The notes: generated by a model from the sequence alone, not told the origin. Shown: positions 1 through 11,874, numbered from the stretch's first letter. The stretch is 64,000 nucleotides of DNA from an uncultured Planctomycetota bacterium (GCA_963823665.1 CAWGMQ010000008.1:1344001-1408000); one strand, 5' to 3'. A program made the numbers and translations.

Positions 1-2
1 GG

Positions 3-659
3 ATTGCCATTTACGTCGAAGGTGGCGGCGATACCGCTCAACAAAAAAGTGAACTTCGTGTCGGCTTGGATTGCCTACTCAATCCCCAAAAGCAGGCCGC
101 GCGAGAGAAGCGCCTCCTCTGGCGACTCGTCCCGTCCGGTAGCCGCAACTTTGCTTTCGCGGCGTTTATCAACGCGATTCGGACTGACGACGGGCAGACC
201 CTCTGCGTGTTACTGGTCGATTCCGAAAGCGCCGTGACCCTGGAGTCAAAAGGAAAGGACGACGAGAATGCTCGAGCCCGAAGAGATCACCTCAGCTACC
301 GTGACAGTTGGGATCTCACGAACATTGATCCGTCGCGCGTGCATCTGATGGTCCAGTGCATGGAGGCGTGGCTCGCCGCTGATTCCGCCGCGTTGGCCCG
401 TTACTACGGCAAAGGCTTTCATGCCAGAAGCCTCCCGCAACGAGAAAACCTCGAGGAGGAGTCGAAACTGGATCTCTACCTCAAGCTTGCGAAGGCCACA
501 AAGGAAACCAGCAAGGGCGAGTACTCAGATAAGAAGCATGCGAAGATCAAACACGCCAGCAAGATCCTGGCGCTGATCGAGCCCAAGACTCTTGCCAGGC
601 GCTGCCCGCGATTCGCTACCCTCACGAGCTGGCTCGACGACCAGATTCGAAGAGCGTGA
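3..659 (+). CDS. DUF4276-family (TOPRIM/RloB-like) protein, 5' end off-window
   Basis: The frame is open from base 3 and reads IAIYVEGGGDT..., then LLVDSE, HLMVQCMEAWLAAD and KGEYS...KIKHASKIL. These motifs are typical of DUF4276 proteins. Confidence 0.75.
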   Translation: MAIYVEGGGDTAQQKSELRVGLDCLLNPQKQAAREKRLLWRLVPSGSRNFAFAAFINAIRTDDGQTLCVLLVDSESAVTLESKGKDDENARARRDHLSYRDSWDLTNIDPSRVHLMVQCMEAWLAADSAALARYYGKGFHARSLPQRENLEEESKLDLYLKLAKATKETSKGEYSDKKHAKIKHASKILALIEPKTLARRCPRFATLTSWLDDQIRRA

Positions 660-692
660 CACGGCCACGTCCGGACCGTCCAAACCAACCCC

Positions 693-2985
693 TCACTCGA
701 AAACCACCATTGAATGCACTTCCAGCCGCGGCACGATGACCTCGACTCCATCCGCTGTTCGTTTGATCGGCAGCGGGCGATGTTCCGGCTCCTGGAATGC
801 GCGGGTGACTTTCGGATTTGCAAACAAGACCTTGATGTCCGCAATCGGCAGGGTTTCCTCGCGTTCGGAAGGGTTGTTCTCGGGAATCGCGCGATTGGCC
901 GTTGTGTTGACCTCGTTGAGCAAATGCACAATCGTCCGTTTGCCCGCTCCCTGACTGTAAAACGCCGCCTGCACGCAGAGGGGAGCGTTCACCTCGACCG
1001 GCGGCTTGTTCGCCGCCGCCGCCCAGCGCACGGCGTTACTGATCAGCTTTCGCTGATATTGATAGGGCGCGATGAAATAGGCCTGGCCGATGTCTTCCGC
1101 GAAATACACCGAGCGCCCTTTCGCGGTCTGGTTCAGCACCATGAACGGCCACTCCGGCGGAAGGCACAGCCTCCTCCCCAGCTTGGTTGCGCCCTTGTCA
1201 ACTTCAACGTTTGTCATCCAGCCGATGTATTGCAGGCGGTCGGAGCCACGGCGGTAATTCGAGCGTATCACCCGGTCATCACTGATCGGATGCAAGTCAG
1301 GCCCGGCGATTCCCAGATAGATCTCGGTCCATCTGGGATAGTTCGGCCACCGCGCCGAGTAGTCTTCGGTGCCCTTGAAATGGGCGCCGAAGAGATCTGC
1401 CAGGGCGAAGTCCGGCTGGCGGTCGCCGAACTCGTTGCAGAGCGAGCTTTCGTGCATCGCCACCAGGCCGCCTCCCTCGCGGACGAACTCACGAATCGTC
1501 TTGATCGCCTGCGCACTCAAACACGCGGCGTTGGGCAGGACCAGCACCTTGTATTGCTTCAACGTCTCGGCGCTTTCCACGTCGGGCTCGATGATGATGT
1601 CGACGGCCAGATGGTCTTCCATGAGCGCTCGGAAGACACCCACGGCAGATTCCATGTGCGCGGGCATCCTCCGCTCGCCGGGTGCCAGCTTGCCCCGGTC
1701 CGGCGTATCCACGCCGCTGCCGATCCACGCACCGAGCGGTACCTCGGTGCGCGCGCCCGTAAGCCCATAGAGAAGGCGGCTGCTCTCACCGACCAGCATG
1801 GCCGCCCACTTGAGCGATCTGGCTTCGCGCGTGAAGGGCTCGCGCTCTACGATCTGCTTGTTCAAGTGTGCAAGCGGCGTTTCGTCGTTCTGCTGCCAGA
1901 AGCCCTGGGCGACCAGGCAGCCGTTTGTGAGCACTGTCATTTCGCGCACGTCGCACTCGGCCCGAGGCGGCTGCATGTTAAACTGGCCCTGCTCGCAAAG
2001 GTAGGGCAAGATCCACGCGGGCCGGTCGCCCGTCAGTCCGCGGTAGTAGCGGCAGGTGAATGCCGGCAGCAGGTTGCTTCCCTGGTCGGGTGGGAAGTCC
2101 CAGAACAGCTCGAGGAACGGAGCATCGAGCACGCGATGCACCGCATCTGTTCCCTCGGCCGCCGGCGCGCCCATCCAGTGCCACCACCGGCCGGGGCCTG
2201 TCGTCCAGGGCGCCGCCACGAAGTCCGGGCTTCACGGCCTTGAGTGCGGCGGTCCACTTAAAGACGAATTTGGTGTAACGATCGAGCCGCCACTTCAAGT
2301 AGTGACGAAAGTCCGAGTTGTTGACGTCGCCAGTCGCTGGGATGTCCTTTCCCGTGTCTGCCTTGTAAGAGCCGGAGCAAGACGGGCAGAAGCACTGCGC
2401 CCAGCACCCGAACCCGTCCATGTTGTAGCCGTCCCAGTCCAGACGCTTCACCAGTGCCACCTGCGACTTGATGAACCACTCGCCATAGGGAGAGTTCCAG
2501 CAGCCCAGCACGTGCATATCTTTGAGCTGTGCGACAGAAATCGGCTTGGCCCCGGGCGAATTCAGCTCTTGCCAATCCGGATGCTCGGCCTGGAGCCACG
2601 GCGTCATGTAAAACCGGATCACTTCTCCCAACACCTTCGCACCCTTTGCATGTGCCCTGTCAACGCGAGCACGCAGCTCGACGAGCGCTTTCTCCGGAAC
2701 CGGTACGCCGCTGCGAATGTCGAGGATCTCGCCGTTCTTTCCGAGAATGAACGGGCCGCCTGCGAATCCGACGCCTGCCGCATTGGTGCCGCCGCAGATC
2801 ACGTTCGTCCCATCCCTGATCACGCTTTCCAGATTGGCGTCATCGACACCGAAGCACAGGCGCCCGAACGAAGGAAGCCACGTCGGCTCCGAGAACCGTG
2901 GAGGATACGTGACTGTCCAGTCATCGGCCCAAGTCACTCCTGAGAGGCCAAGGTGACAGATCACAACGCAAAAGAGAGTTTTCAT
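693..2985 (-). CDS. Secreted glycoside hydrolase-like protein (TIM barrel plus beta-galactosidase trimerisation/GATase-like domain); frameshift near 2228
   Basis: Signal peptide MKTLFCVV...VTWA-DD, DGYNMDGFG and CFCPSC in ORF 1978-2985; YKVLVLPNAACLS...FVREGGGLVA in ORF 693-2219. Removing one C at AAGCCCGGAC joins the two ORFs. Confidence 0.7.
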
Positions 2986-3021
2986 ACGAAGGCCCCAAAG
3001 AACACGTCCGTGGTGTGCCTG

Positions 3022-4149
3022 CTATCCCAGTCGCTTCAGCAGTTCGCGGACCCGCCCGACCAGGTGAGCTCGCGGTGCGTCTTCATTGACCCACGCTGCG
3101 CGGTCGGAGAGTTCTGCCAGTCGCTCGCGCAGCCGCGCGATGGCGGCCAGGCCGAGCGATCGGTGGTCTTGCATCTCGAGTGCGATTGCGTCAAGCCGGC
3201 GCGCGATCTCCTCGGCATCAACGCGATCGGGGAGGGACGAGAGCGGATGGGCGTCGGCTTCGCCGGCGTGGGGCTCGATCACGCCGGCAACCAGCGACCG
3301 AAGCGGCGCGATCTGCTCTTCGCGGTCCCACACGTAGCGGAACACCCAGAAATCCGAGACCCGTGCCGTCTTCCGCCCACACAACACGGCCGACGCCGCC
3401 ACGAGCTTGAGGATCTTCACGACCCGGCGGTCGGAAAGAGCGACGCCAAGGTCGCGCACCTTCGAGACCACTGCGGCGTAGCGATCGGAGATCTCTCGAA
3501 CGTCAACCTCGTAAATCCGCCGCGAAAGTGAGCGCAGATCTTCGGCGGAAATCGACGACTCGATCGCACTGCACCGCTCGAGCTCCCAGCCGGCCGAAAG
3601 CAGGCGCGGTAGTTCCTCAGGCTTCAGGTTCTCGACGTGGCTGCGCAGCAAGAACCGATCGAATAAGGCTCGCAGGGACTCATCTTCGGGCAGGTGATTC
3701 GAAGCCGCGAAGAGCGACAGGAGCGGCAGCCGGTGCACCTCGGCTCCGCGGCGGTAGATCCGTTCGTTGAGCACCGTCAGCAGGTTGTTCAGGATGGCGC
3801 TGTTGGCGTTGAAGAGCTCGTCCAGAAAGATGAATTCTGCCTCGGGAAGCATACCGTTTGTCACGGTAGCCACAGTCCCCTCGCGCAGCCGCACGAGGTC
3901 GATCGGCCCGAAGACTTCGTTGGGCTCGGAAAACCGCGTCAGCAGATACTCGAAGTACGTGCCGCGCACCGCGCTGGCGAACTGCCTGATGAGGGCAGAC
4001 TTGGCCGTTCCCGGCGGCCCGTGCAGCATCAGGTGTTCGCCCGCGGTCACCGCAAGTGCGATCAGGTCGACGATTTCATCGCGGTCGACAAAGCGCCGCT
4101 TGAGCGGCTCGACGACCTCGCGGCGCAGGCGGTCGACGGTGTCATTCAA
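3022..4149 (-). CDS. MoxR/RavA-type AAA+ ATPase
   Basis: Walker A HGPPGTAKS, YFEYLLTRFSEPNEVFGP, Walker B FLDELFNANSAILN and ALFDRFLLR. The TTG start at 4149 overlaps the upstream stop. Confidence 0.9.
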   Translation of the reverse strand: MNDTVDRLRREVVEPLKRRFVDRDEIVDLIALAVTAGEHLMLHGPPGTAKSALIRQFASAVRGTYFEYLLTRFSEPNEVFGPIDLVRLREGTVATVTNGMLPEAEFIFLDELFNANSAILNNLLTVLNERIYRRGAEVHRLPLLSLFAASNHLPEDESLRALFDRFLLRSHVENLKPEELPRLLSAGWELERCSAIESSISAEDLRSLSRRIYEVDVREISDRYAAVVSKVRDLGVALSDRRVVKILKLVAASAVLCGRKTARVSDFWVFRYVWDREEQIAPLRSLVAGVIEPHAGEADAHPLSSLPDRVDAEEIARRLDAIALEMQDHRSLGLAAIARLRERLAELSDRAAWVNEDAPRAHLVGRVRELLKRLG

Positions 4150-4798
4150 CGTGAGCCCCTTTTCCTGCGCTCGAAGAGAACTCGGCGGGACTGGATTGCC
4201 CACGACGACGTTCGTCGCTCGCGAGCTCATAATAGGCACAGCCCGGCGCCCGCTGCGCGGGCCGCCACGCGTGGCGGTCGTTGGCCACAAGCCGTTCGGA
4301 GTACAAGAGCAACAGACCCGGGTGGCCCGCAAATTCGAGAGAGCCCAAAGGCGGCTCAATCACGTCCGAGAGCACCCCCGACAGCGGCCATCGTCGCAGC
4401 ACGTCTTCCAGCAGACCGATCAGCGGGTCGGACGGATCAAGCCCCCGAGCTCGTTTCAAGACCTGCGGCAGATAACGCAGCATCAAATCGGCCGAGAGGT
4501 GATGAGCCGGAGTCGCCGGCTGAATCGGCATCGAGAGGAGCTTCTTCAGTTGCGAGATCCGATCGTTGTGGTTCAGAAGTGCCCAGCTCGCCTGCCGCAG
4601 GACTTCGGCCGCGGAGTAGCCCACCGCCCCATCGAAGGGAATCGCCGGCCCCGCCACCGAAAGCTGGACGACTTCGAATCCCTTTTCCAGAAGGGCAATA
4701 TCCTCGGCAAGAGGCCGGTCTCGCGGGGCCTGAGCCGAGCGAAACACAACCTTCCCTTCTCGGAGCAGCTCAATCACGAATCGGCGAAACGAGGTCAT
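4142..4798 (-). CDS. bpX4-like protein (MoxR-vWA-beta-propeller ternary system component)
   Basis: HHLSADLMLRYLPQV...DPSDPL...RWPLSGV...HPGLLLLYSERL resembles the bpX4 domain. It is translationally coupled to the MoxR gene. Confidence 0.7.
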   Translation of the reverse strand: MTSFRRFVIELLREGKVVFRSAQAPRDRPLAEDIALLEKGFEVVQLSVAGPAIPFDGAVGYSAAEVLRQASWALLNHNDRISQLKKLLSMPIQPATPAHHLSADLMLRYLPQVLKRARGLDPSDPLIGLLEDVLRRWPLSGVLSDVIEPPLGSLEFAGHPGLLLLYSERLVANDRHAWRPAQRAPGCAYYELASDERRRGQSSPAEFSSSAGKGAHVE

Positions 4799-4823
4799 GA
4801 AATCAGAATAACCGAAGAAAGCC

Positions 4824-7800
4824 TTATCCAACTACGTTTCGCGCTTTGGGAAGCACGGTGAATACCGCGTTGCCACCGGGTATTCCGTCACCGTTGCCAT
4901 CGAGGGCGGTGCCGGAGGTGTCTAAAATCCCCCCCGGCCCAGCATTCACCACAATCTGGCCCCCGAGCGTAAACGCCGGCTTGCCGGCGAGCGAGAGGCT
5001 TACACTGTTCGACGAGGAATTGTACAAGGCCTGGGCACGCACCGGCTTCGCTTTGCTCTTGCGCCCGTGCTTCACGGTTTGGGTCACTGTGTAATTCGCG
5101 GCATTTTCCGCGGCGGCCGGGTCGAGCGCGGCGGTGAAGAAGAGCTGGAAACCGGCAAAGTGCTTGTGCTTACCCTTGCCAGTCGTAAGAATTTGCACGC
5201 GGCTGATGGAGGGAGGAGGCGTGACGGTGAACGCGCTTGAAACGGCCGCGCTCAAACCATCGCCGCTGATCGTGAGTCCGTATCCACCGGCCTTGTTGAG
5301 GGTCAGCCCCGTCAGCGTCGCAACCCCGTCGACAAACGGCGCCCCAGTCGCCCCGCCGAGCGCTCCCCCGATCCGCTTGCGATCGAGACCCGTCACGGAC
5401 CCTGTTTCCGAAGTGACCGTGTTGCCGAAACGATCCTCGGCTGTTACAGCCAGAGAAAACCCGCCCTCCGGTGCAACGTTCGCCGGCGGTTGGCTCGTCA
5501 CAACGAGCTGGTCGGCCGCCGCGGGCGTCACGTTGATTCCGTTCGTAATGGCCGCCGCAAGGCCCTCGCTACTCGCCCGGAGCGTGTCGCCGGCAGTGGC
5601 CTTGTCCAGGTTCAGGCCTGTGAACGAAGCCACGCCGTCGACCGCCGACACTGCGAGCGTCCCATTCAAGGTGTCTCCGTGCGGGTTGCTCGCCAGTGCG
5701 ACGACCACGCTTCCCGCGAACGCCGGCACGACGTTCCCGAAGGCGTCCTCGGCTGTCACCATAAACCCGAATCCGGCGCCGGCCGTGACGGACGACGGCG
5801 GCGGATCGCTCACGACAAGCGCGGCCAGCGCAGCGGGATCGATCGTGACTGGCGTCGCGGTCGTTGCCGCCAGGCTGCCGGTCGCGAACGTGAGCGAGAT
5901 GGTCTCCGCCTTGTCGTCCGCCAGATTCCTGAACGTCGCCGACCCGCCGGAGACTGTGGCCGTGGTTGTCCCCTCGAGCGGGCCGGCGCCGCTGGAAAGC
6001 GACGCGGTCACGATCGTGCTGTCGTCGCTTGTCTCGAGATTGCCGTATTGATCCTCTTCTTCGACCACGGGCTGACTTGCAAACGCCTGTCCGGCTGTCG
6101 CCGCGCTCGAGGGTTGCGTCTCCATGACCAACTGGTAGGGCGTTGCCGCGCTCACGGCGATCCCGCCCGACGTGGCGATTTGCAGGTTGCCGCTCTTGAA
6201 CGCGAGCGTGATGGTCTCTGCCTTGTCGTCGGCCAGGTTCGAGAAGACCGCCACGCCTCCGGATACGCTGGCGAAGACTGTCCCCCGCAGTGGCCCGACA
6301 CCGCTCTGGAGCGACGCAGTGACCACGGTGGTGTTATCGCTCGTCTCCAGGTTGCCGTATTGATCCTCTTCCTCGACGACCGGCTGAGTGGCGAAGGCCC
6401 GGCCGGCCGTCGCCGTCGATGAGACCTGAGTATGGATCACCAACTGGCTGGCCGGTGCCGGCGCGACGACGGTCGCGGCAGACACCGCCGGCAAAAGCTC
6501 ACCGCTCGAGAATAGCAGGCTGAGGCTCCCTGCTGTCTCGTCACTCAAGTCGGTGAACGCGGCCACCCCGCGCGAGACGGCGACCTGGCTCGTGCCTGCT
6601 AGCGAGCCCGCGCCACTATTCAAGGACACCGTCACGGGCGTGCTATTGTCGCCAGTCTCCACGTTGCCGTATTGATCCTCTTCCTCGATCACCGGCTGGG
6701 TCGCGAATTCAACACCGGCCGTGGCGGTCGAGGACTGCGGCGTGCGAATCACCAACTGGGTCGCCGCCGCCGGCGAAACAACGATCAGCCCGGAGTTGGC
6801 TGCAAGGAGCATGCCGCTCTCAAACGCCAGCGCAATCGAGCCGGCCAAGTCTTCGGCCAGGTTCGAGAAGACCGCAAGGCCGCCGGCGACCGTCGCAGCA
6901 GTCGTCCCCTCAAGCGGCCCGGCACCGCTAGAGAGCGACGCGGTCACGACCGTGCTGTTGTCGCTCGTCTCGAGGTTTCCGTATTGATCCTCCTCTTCGA
7001 TGACCGGCTGAGTGGCAAAGGCCTGTCCGGCCGTCGCCGCCCCAGAGGGTTTTGTCTGGATCACCAGCAGGCTGGGATTCGCCGGGCTTACCGTGATGTC
7101 GCTCGATGTCGCCACTTGCAGGGCGCCGCTTTCGAAAACAAGCGAGAAACTCTCCGCCCTGTCATCAGCCAAGTCTGCAAAACTCGCGACACCGCCCGAG
7201 ACGCTTACGGACGTCATGCCCTCGAGCGGCCCTGTCCCGCTGGCGAGCGCCGCGGTCACAACCGTGTTGTTATCACTCATCTCGATGTTGCCGTACCGGT
7301 CTTCTTCCTCGATGAACGGCTGAGTCGAGAACGCCTGCCCGGCCGTCGCCGCCCCGGAGGGTTGCGTCTGGATGACCAACTGGAAGGGCGCCGCGGCACG
7401 GACAGTAATCCCGCTCGAAGTGGCCGCCTTCAGGCTGCCGCTCTGGAAGACGAGCGCATTGCTCTCGGCCTTGTTATCCGCCAGACCTGCAAACCGCGCC
7501 ACGCCGTCCGAGACGGTGACGGTCGTCGTTCCCTCTAGCGGCCCTGGCCCGCTTGCCAGCGCCGCGGTCACCTCGGTGGTGTTGTCGCTCGCCTCGATGT
7601 TTCCGTACTGGTCCTCCTCTGCGATGACCGGCTCACTTGAGAATGGCTGCCCGGCCGTCGCGGTCGATGAGGGTTGCGTCTGGATGACCAACTGGAAGGG
7701 CGCCGCCGCGCTGACGGTCGTCTCGCTCGAAATCGCCGGTTTCAAGCTGCCGCTCTTGAAGATGAGCGTGATCGTCTCCGCTTTGTTGTCTGCCAGACCC

Positions 7801-10800
7801 GAGAAGCTCGCCACTCCGGCGGAGAGCGTGGCCGTGTTCGTTCCTTCCAGCGGCCCCGCGCCGCTCTCGAGCGACACGGAGACCACAGTGCCGTTATCGC
7901 TCGCCTCGATGTTTCCGTACTGGTCTTCCTCTGCGATGACCGGCTCAGTCGAGAATGGCTGCCCGGCCGTCGCAGTCGATGAGAGTTGCGTCTGGATCGC
8001 CAACTGGAAGGGCGCCGCCGCACTCACGTCGATTCCGTTCGAAGTGGCCGCCTTCAAGCTGCCGCTCTGGAAGAGAAGCGTGATGCTCTCTGCCTTGTTG
8101 TCAGCCAGGTTCGCAAAGTGCGCCACTCCACCGGCGAGGGTGGCCGTGTTCGTTCCCACCAGCGGCCCTGCGCCGCTCGAGAGCGATACAGAAACCGCGG
8201 TGCCGTTATCGCTCGTCTCGAGGTTGCCGAACTGATCCTCTTCCTCGACGACCGGCTGGGTCGAGAATGCCTGCCCGGCCGTCGCCGTCGTCGAAGGTTG
8301 CGTCTGGACGACCAACTGGAAGGGGGCAGCCGCACTGACGTTGATACTGCTCGAAATCGCCGGCTTCAAGCTGCCGCTCTTGAAGATGAGCGTGATTGCC
8401 TCCGCTTGGTTGTCCGCCAGATTCGAGAAGCTTGCCACTCCCGCAGAGACTGTGGCCGTGTTCGTTCCTTGCAGCGGCCCTACGCCGCTCTCAAGCGACA
8501 CAGAGACCACGGTGCTGTTGTCGCTTGTCTCGACGTTGCCGTACTGATCCTCTTCTTCGATAACCGGTTGGATTTCGAACGCCTGACCGGCCGTCGCGGC
8601 GCTTGAAGGTTTTGTCTCGATCACAAGCCGGTTCGCAGTGGCCGGGCTCACCGCGATCTCGCCGGACGCGGCCGACGTGAGGCCGCTCGATTTGAAGATG
8701 AGCGTGATGGTCTCGGCCTTGTTGTCCGCCAGATTCGCGAAGCTCGCCACTCCGTCCGAGACGGTGACTGACGCCGTTCCCTGGAGCGGCCCTGTCCCGC
8801 TCGAGAGCGACACGGTCACGACCGTGCTGTCGTCGGTCGTCTCGATGTTGCCGTACTGGTCCTCTTCGATGATGACCGGCTGGATGAGGAATGCCTGGCC
8901 GGCTGTCGCCGCGCTTGAGGGCTCTATCTCAATCACCAACTGGCTCGGGGTCGCCGCGCTCACCGTGATCGGGCTCGAAGTCGCGGATTGCAGGATTCCG
9001 CTCTTGAAAATGAGCGTGATGGTTTCCGCCGTGTCGTCGGCCAGGCTCGAGAACACCGCCACGCCTTTGGAGAGTCTCACCATGGCGGTGCCCTCGAGCG
9101 GGCCGACGCCGCTCTCGAGCGACGCCGTCACCACGGTGCTGTCATCGCTCGTCTCGATGTTTCCGTACTGATCTTCTTCCTCGATCACCGGCTGAGTCGA
9201 GAACGCCTGCCCGGCCGTCGCCGGTGCGGAGGGCTCGGTCGAGACCACGAGCCTGAAGGCAGCGGCGGGCGTTACATTGAAGGGGCTGGTGACCAAGCTC
9301 GCCAGGCCGCTGCTGCTGGCTCGGAGCGTATACCCGGTTCCGGCGGTATCCAGCGTCAAGTCGGAGAAACTTGCCATGCCATTCGTCACGGCGAGCGTCA
9401 ATGTCCCGCCCAACGTGCCTGAGCCCGGGTTGTTCGCCAGCGTGATCGTGACCTCGCCGCTGTAGCTCGAAAGCACATCGCCCGAGATGTTCTCAACCGA
9501 CACGGTGAGCCCGAATTCACTCCCGGCAGTAACATTCGAATTCGGCTCTGCGGTGATCACCAGTTGCATCGCTCCTGTGTCGTACGAAACGAGGTCTGGG
9601 ACCAGCAGATTGGCGATTGGCGACCCCAGGCCGGTGAGCTCGTCGTAGCCGGGTCCTGCAAACAAGCCGTTGTATCCGGAGGTGATTTCATGGAAATCGC
9701 TCGAGGGAAGGCTGTAGAGCGCCTCCAGGGTCTGCATTGGATCTGTTGTACTGTTGAAAACCGTGCCGCCACTGGCCACACGTCCCTGGTTGGCGATGGC
9801 GATGATGCCGGCCCAGCAAGGACTGGAGAGGCTCGTCCCGTAGTAGTCGTACTCGAGCCGGCCGTTCTGGTAGCACGTCACCCCGCTATTATCGCTTCCG
9901 TCGAAGCTCACGTCGGGTGTCATGCGGGATCCCGTGCTCTGCACCGGGAACTGGTATGCGGGCTCGGACTCGTACTGGCTTTCACCGCCCGCGGTGGCCC
10001 ATGCCGGCGCAATGCCGACCGCGTCGGCGACCACGCTGCCGTTCGCGGAATTCGCACTCAGCACGACGGTGATCGTGCCACTCTCTGGGTAGTAATCGCC
10101 CAGTTCCTGGAACTGCGTGTCACCGTCAACCGTGCCCTGCGGCGCCTTTGTCTGATCGACGGTCACTGTATCAAGCAATGTGCCGCTCGCCGCCGAGCCG
10201 TCGTAGATCTCGTAAGTCGCATTCGTCGCATTGCCGGGATCGGGTACCCAGGTCGCAGACACCTCGGTACCGCCCTCCCAGCCTTCATCCGACGAGCCAA
10301 TCGACGTGGTCCATTCCGCCGTGCTGTTACTCCCGCCTACCGCCGAGCTAAACGTGCCGCTGAAACCCCCCGACCCCGATGCCCAGGAGCCGAATTGCGA
10401 GTACGATCCGCTGCCGTTGTCGAGTGTGCGCGGCGTCGGGAAGCTCCAGGCGGTTTCGCTGCCGTAGCTGTCGCCGTTCATGGTCAGCTCAGTCGCGCCG
10501 ACCGCGACCACATTGGGCGAGAAAGCCGGATAGCCGCCGGGGGTTCCGCCATCTCCGGAGCTTGCCAGGAAAGTGACCCCCGGGTGGCCGCTCGGAGTCA
10601 CGAACGTGCTCGAATCATAGGCCATCTCGCGCGCTACCGTTGCTCCAGGTGGATTCGGAATAAATCCAGCTCATCGACACCACGGTGACCCCGGGCAGTT
10701 GCCCCGCCGTCGCCGCACCAGTGAAGAGGTCGGCTTCGTTGTTACATTCAATCAGGTCGATGTGAGCCCCCGGCGCAATCGCATGCGCCCATTCCACGTC

Positions 10801-11634
10801 GAGCGTTTCCTCGAGCTCCCAGCTACCGGTCGGGTCCGTTGCCGGCACGGCACCTTCGCCGCTGTCGCCCAACTCGCTCGTGATGTCGGTTCCGTACTCG
10901 TTGAACACGGTCAAGATCGACGACGCCGGCCCGTATGCTTGATACAGCGTCGGGCTCGTGTTCGTTGTCATGTTCATCGATTCGTCAAAGCCGTCCAGGT
11001 CCGTGATGATGTTTGGATCGTTGTACGCATCGACGATGCCGATCGTTTGCCCGGTGCCATCGGGTGTTTCGGCCTCGAAGTCGGGAATGCTGTCGATGCC
11101 GTAGGCCGCGCGAATCTGGGAGACCGAGTACGTCAGGTAACTCACCGCCGGTAACGCCGCCGTGAAGTTGAAGCTGATCGTGTTGTCGGCATAACTCGTC
11201 TCCGGCACGGACTGGTCCGGATCGACCGTGACCGTCACCTGGTTTTCACCGGGGGTCGCGATGAAGTAGCCACGGTAATAATACCAACCGACCGTCCCCG
11301 AGTTGCCGGCACCATAAGCAAGGTAACCGGAGTCAAGGGTCGTGCCGTTGACCGTATAGGCAACGCGAAAGGACGCATCACTCGGTAAGTTCTGGGTCGT
11401 GAAATCGACCCGGATGTCGACATCCTCGCCGGCGCTCACAGTGGAAAGGGGATTGTCACTCGTGTCAACCACAAGCGCATTCGTGACCGCGATGTTGCCG
11501 GTGAGCGCGATTCGCGCCTCCAGGAACTCCGGAATGAGCCCAGCGCCAAAGCGCCTGCACCGGCGGGGACGCCGTCGGGATGATTTAAAGCCACGTTGCC
11601 TCAGGGCGCGGAGACGAAGCGCAAACAAATTCAT
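4824..11634 (-). CDS. Giant secreted S53 (sedolisin/kumamolisin-like) peptidase: CARDB-like domain, S53 domain with an inserted module, about 14 Ig-like domains, basic C-terminal domain; frameshift near 10630
   Basis: Arg-rich leader with PEFLEARIALT; VDPDQSVPETSYADN (CARDB); WELEETLDVEWAH, ASSGDGG and GTSLSSPCWAG (S53 catalytic motifs). ORFs 10615-11634 and 4824-10625 join by a 1-nt shift. Confidence 0.85.
5830..9270 (-). repeat. Eleven tandem 312-bp (104-aa) Ig-like coding repeats
   Basis: The ATAGQAF.TQPV.EEEDQYGN.ETSD motif recurs at exact 312-bp spacing (anchors at 6043, 6355, 6667 ... 9163). Confidence 0.95.
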
Positions 11635-11874
11635 GCGACTTCTCAGGCAAAAGCCGTCGGTTGTCTTTCTGCACGGATCTCAAATCCCAGACCCGCAGAG
11701 CGCCGCAGACGGAAACGCGGAAGCACCATCACCCACCGCAATCGACCGTCTCATCCTCCTCGCGAGGTAGAGACTCATCAATCGAATCGCACTTTGGATT
11801 TTCATCCTACTCTCAGGGTGACTCGTACTCCTACTCCCAAGTCCATAAAAACCATCGATCGCACTCACAACACC

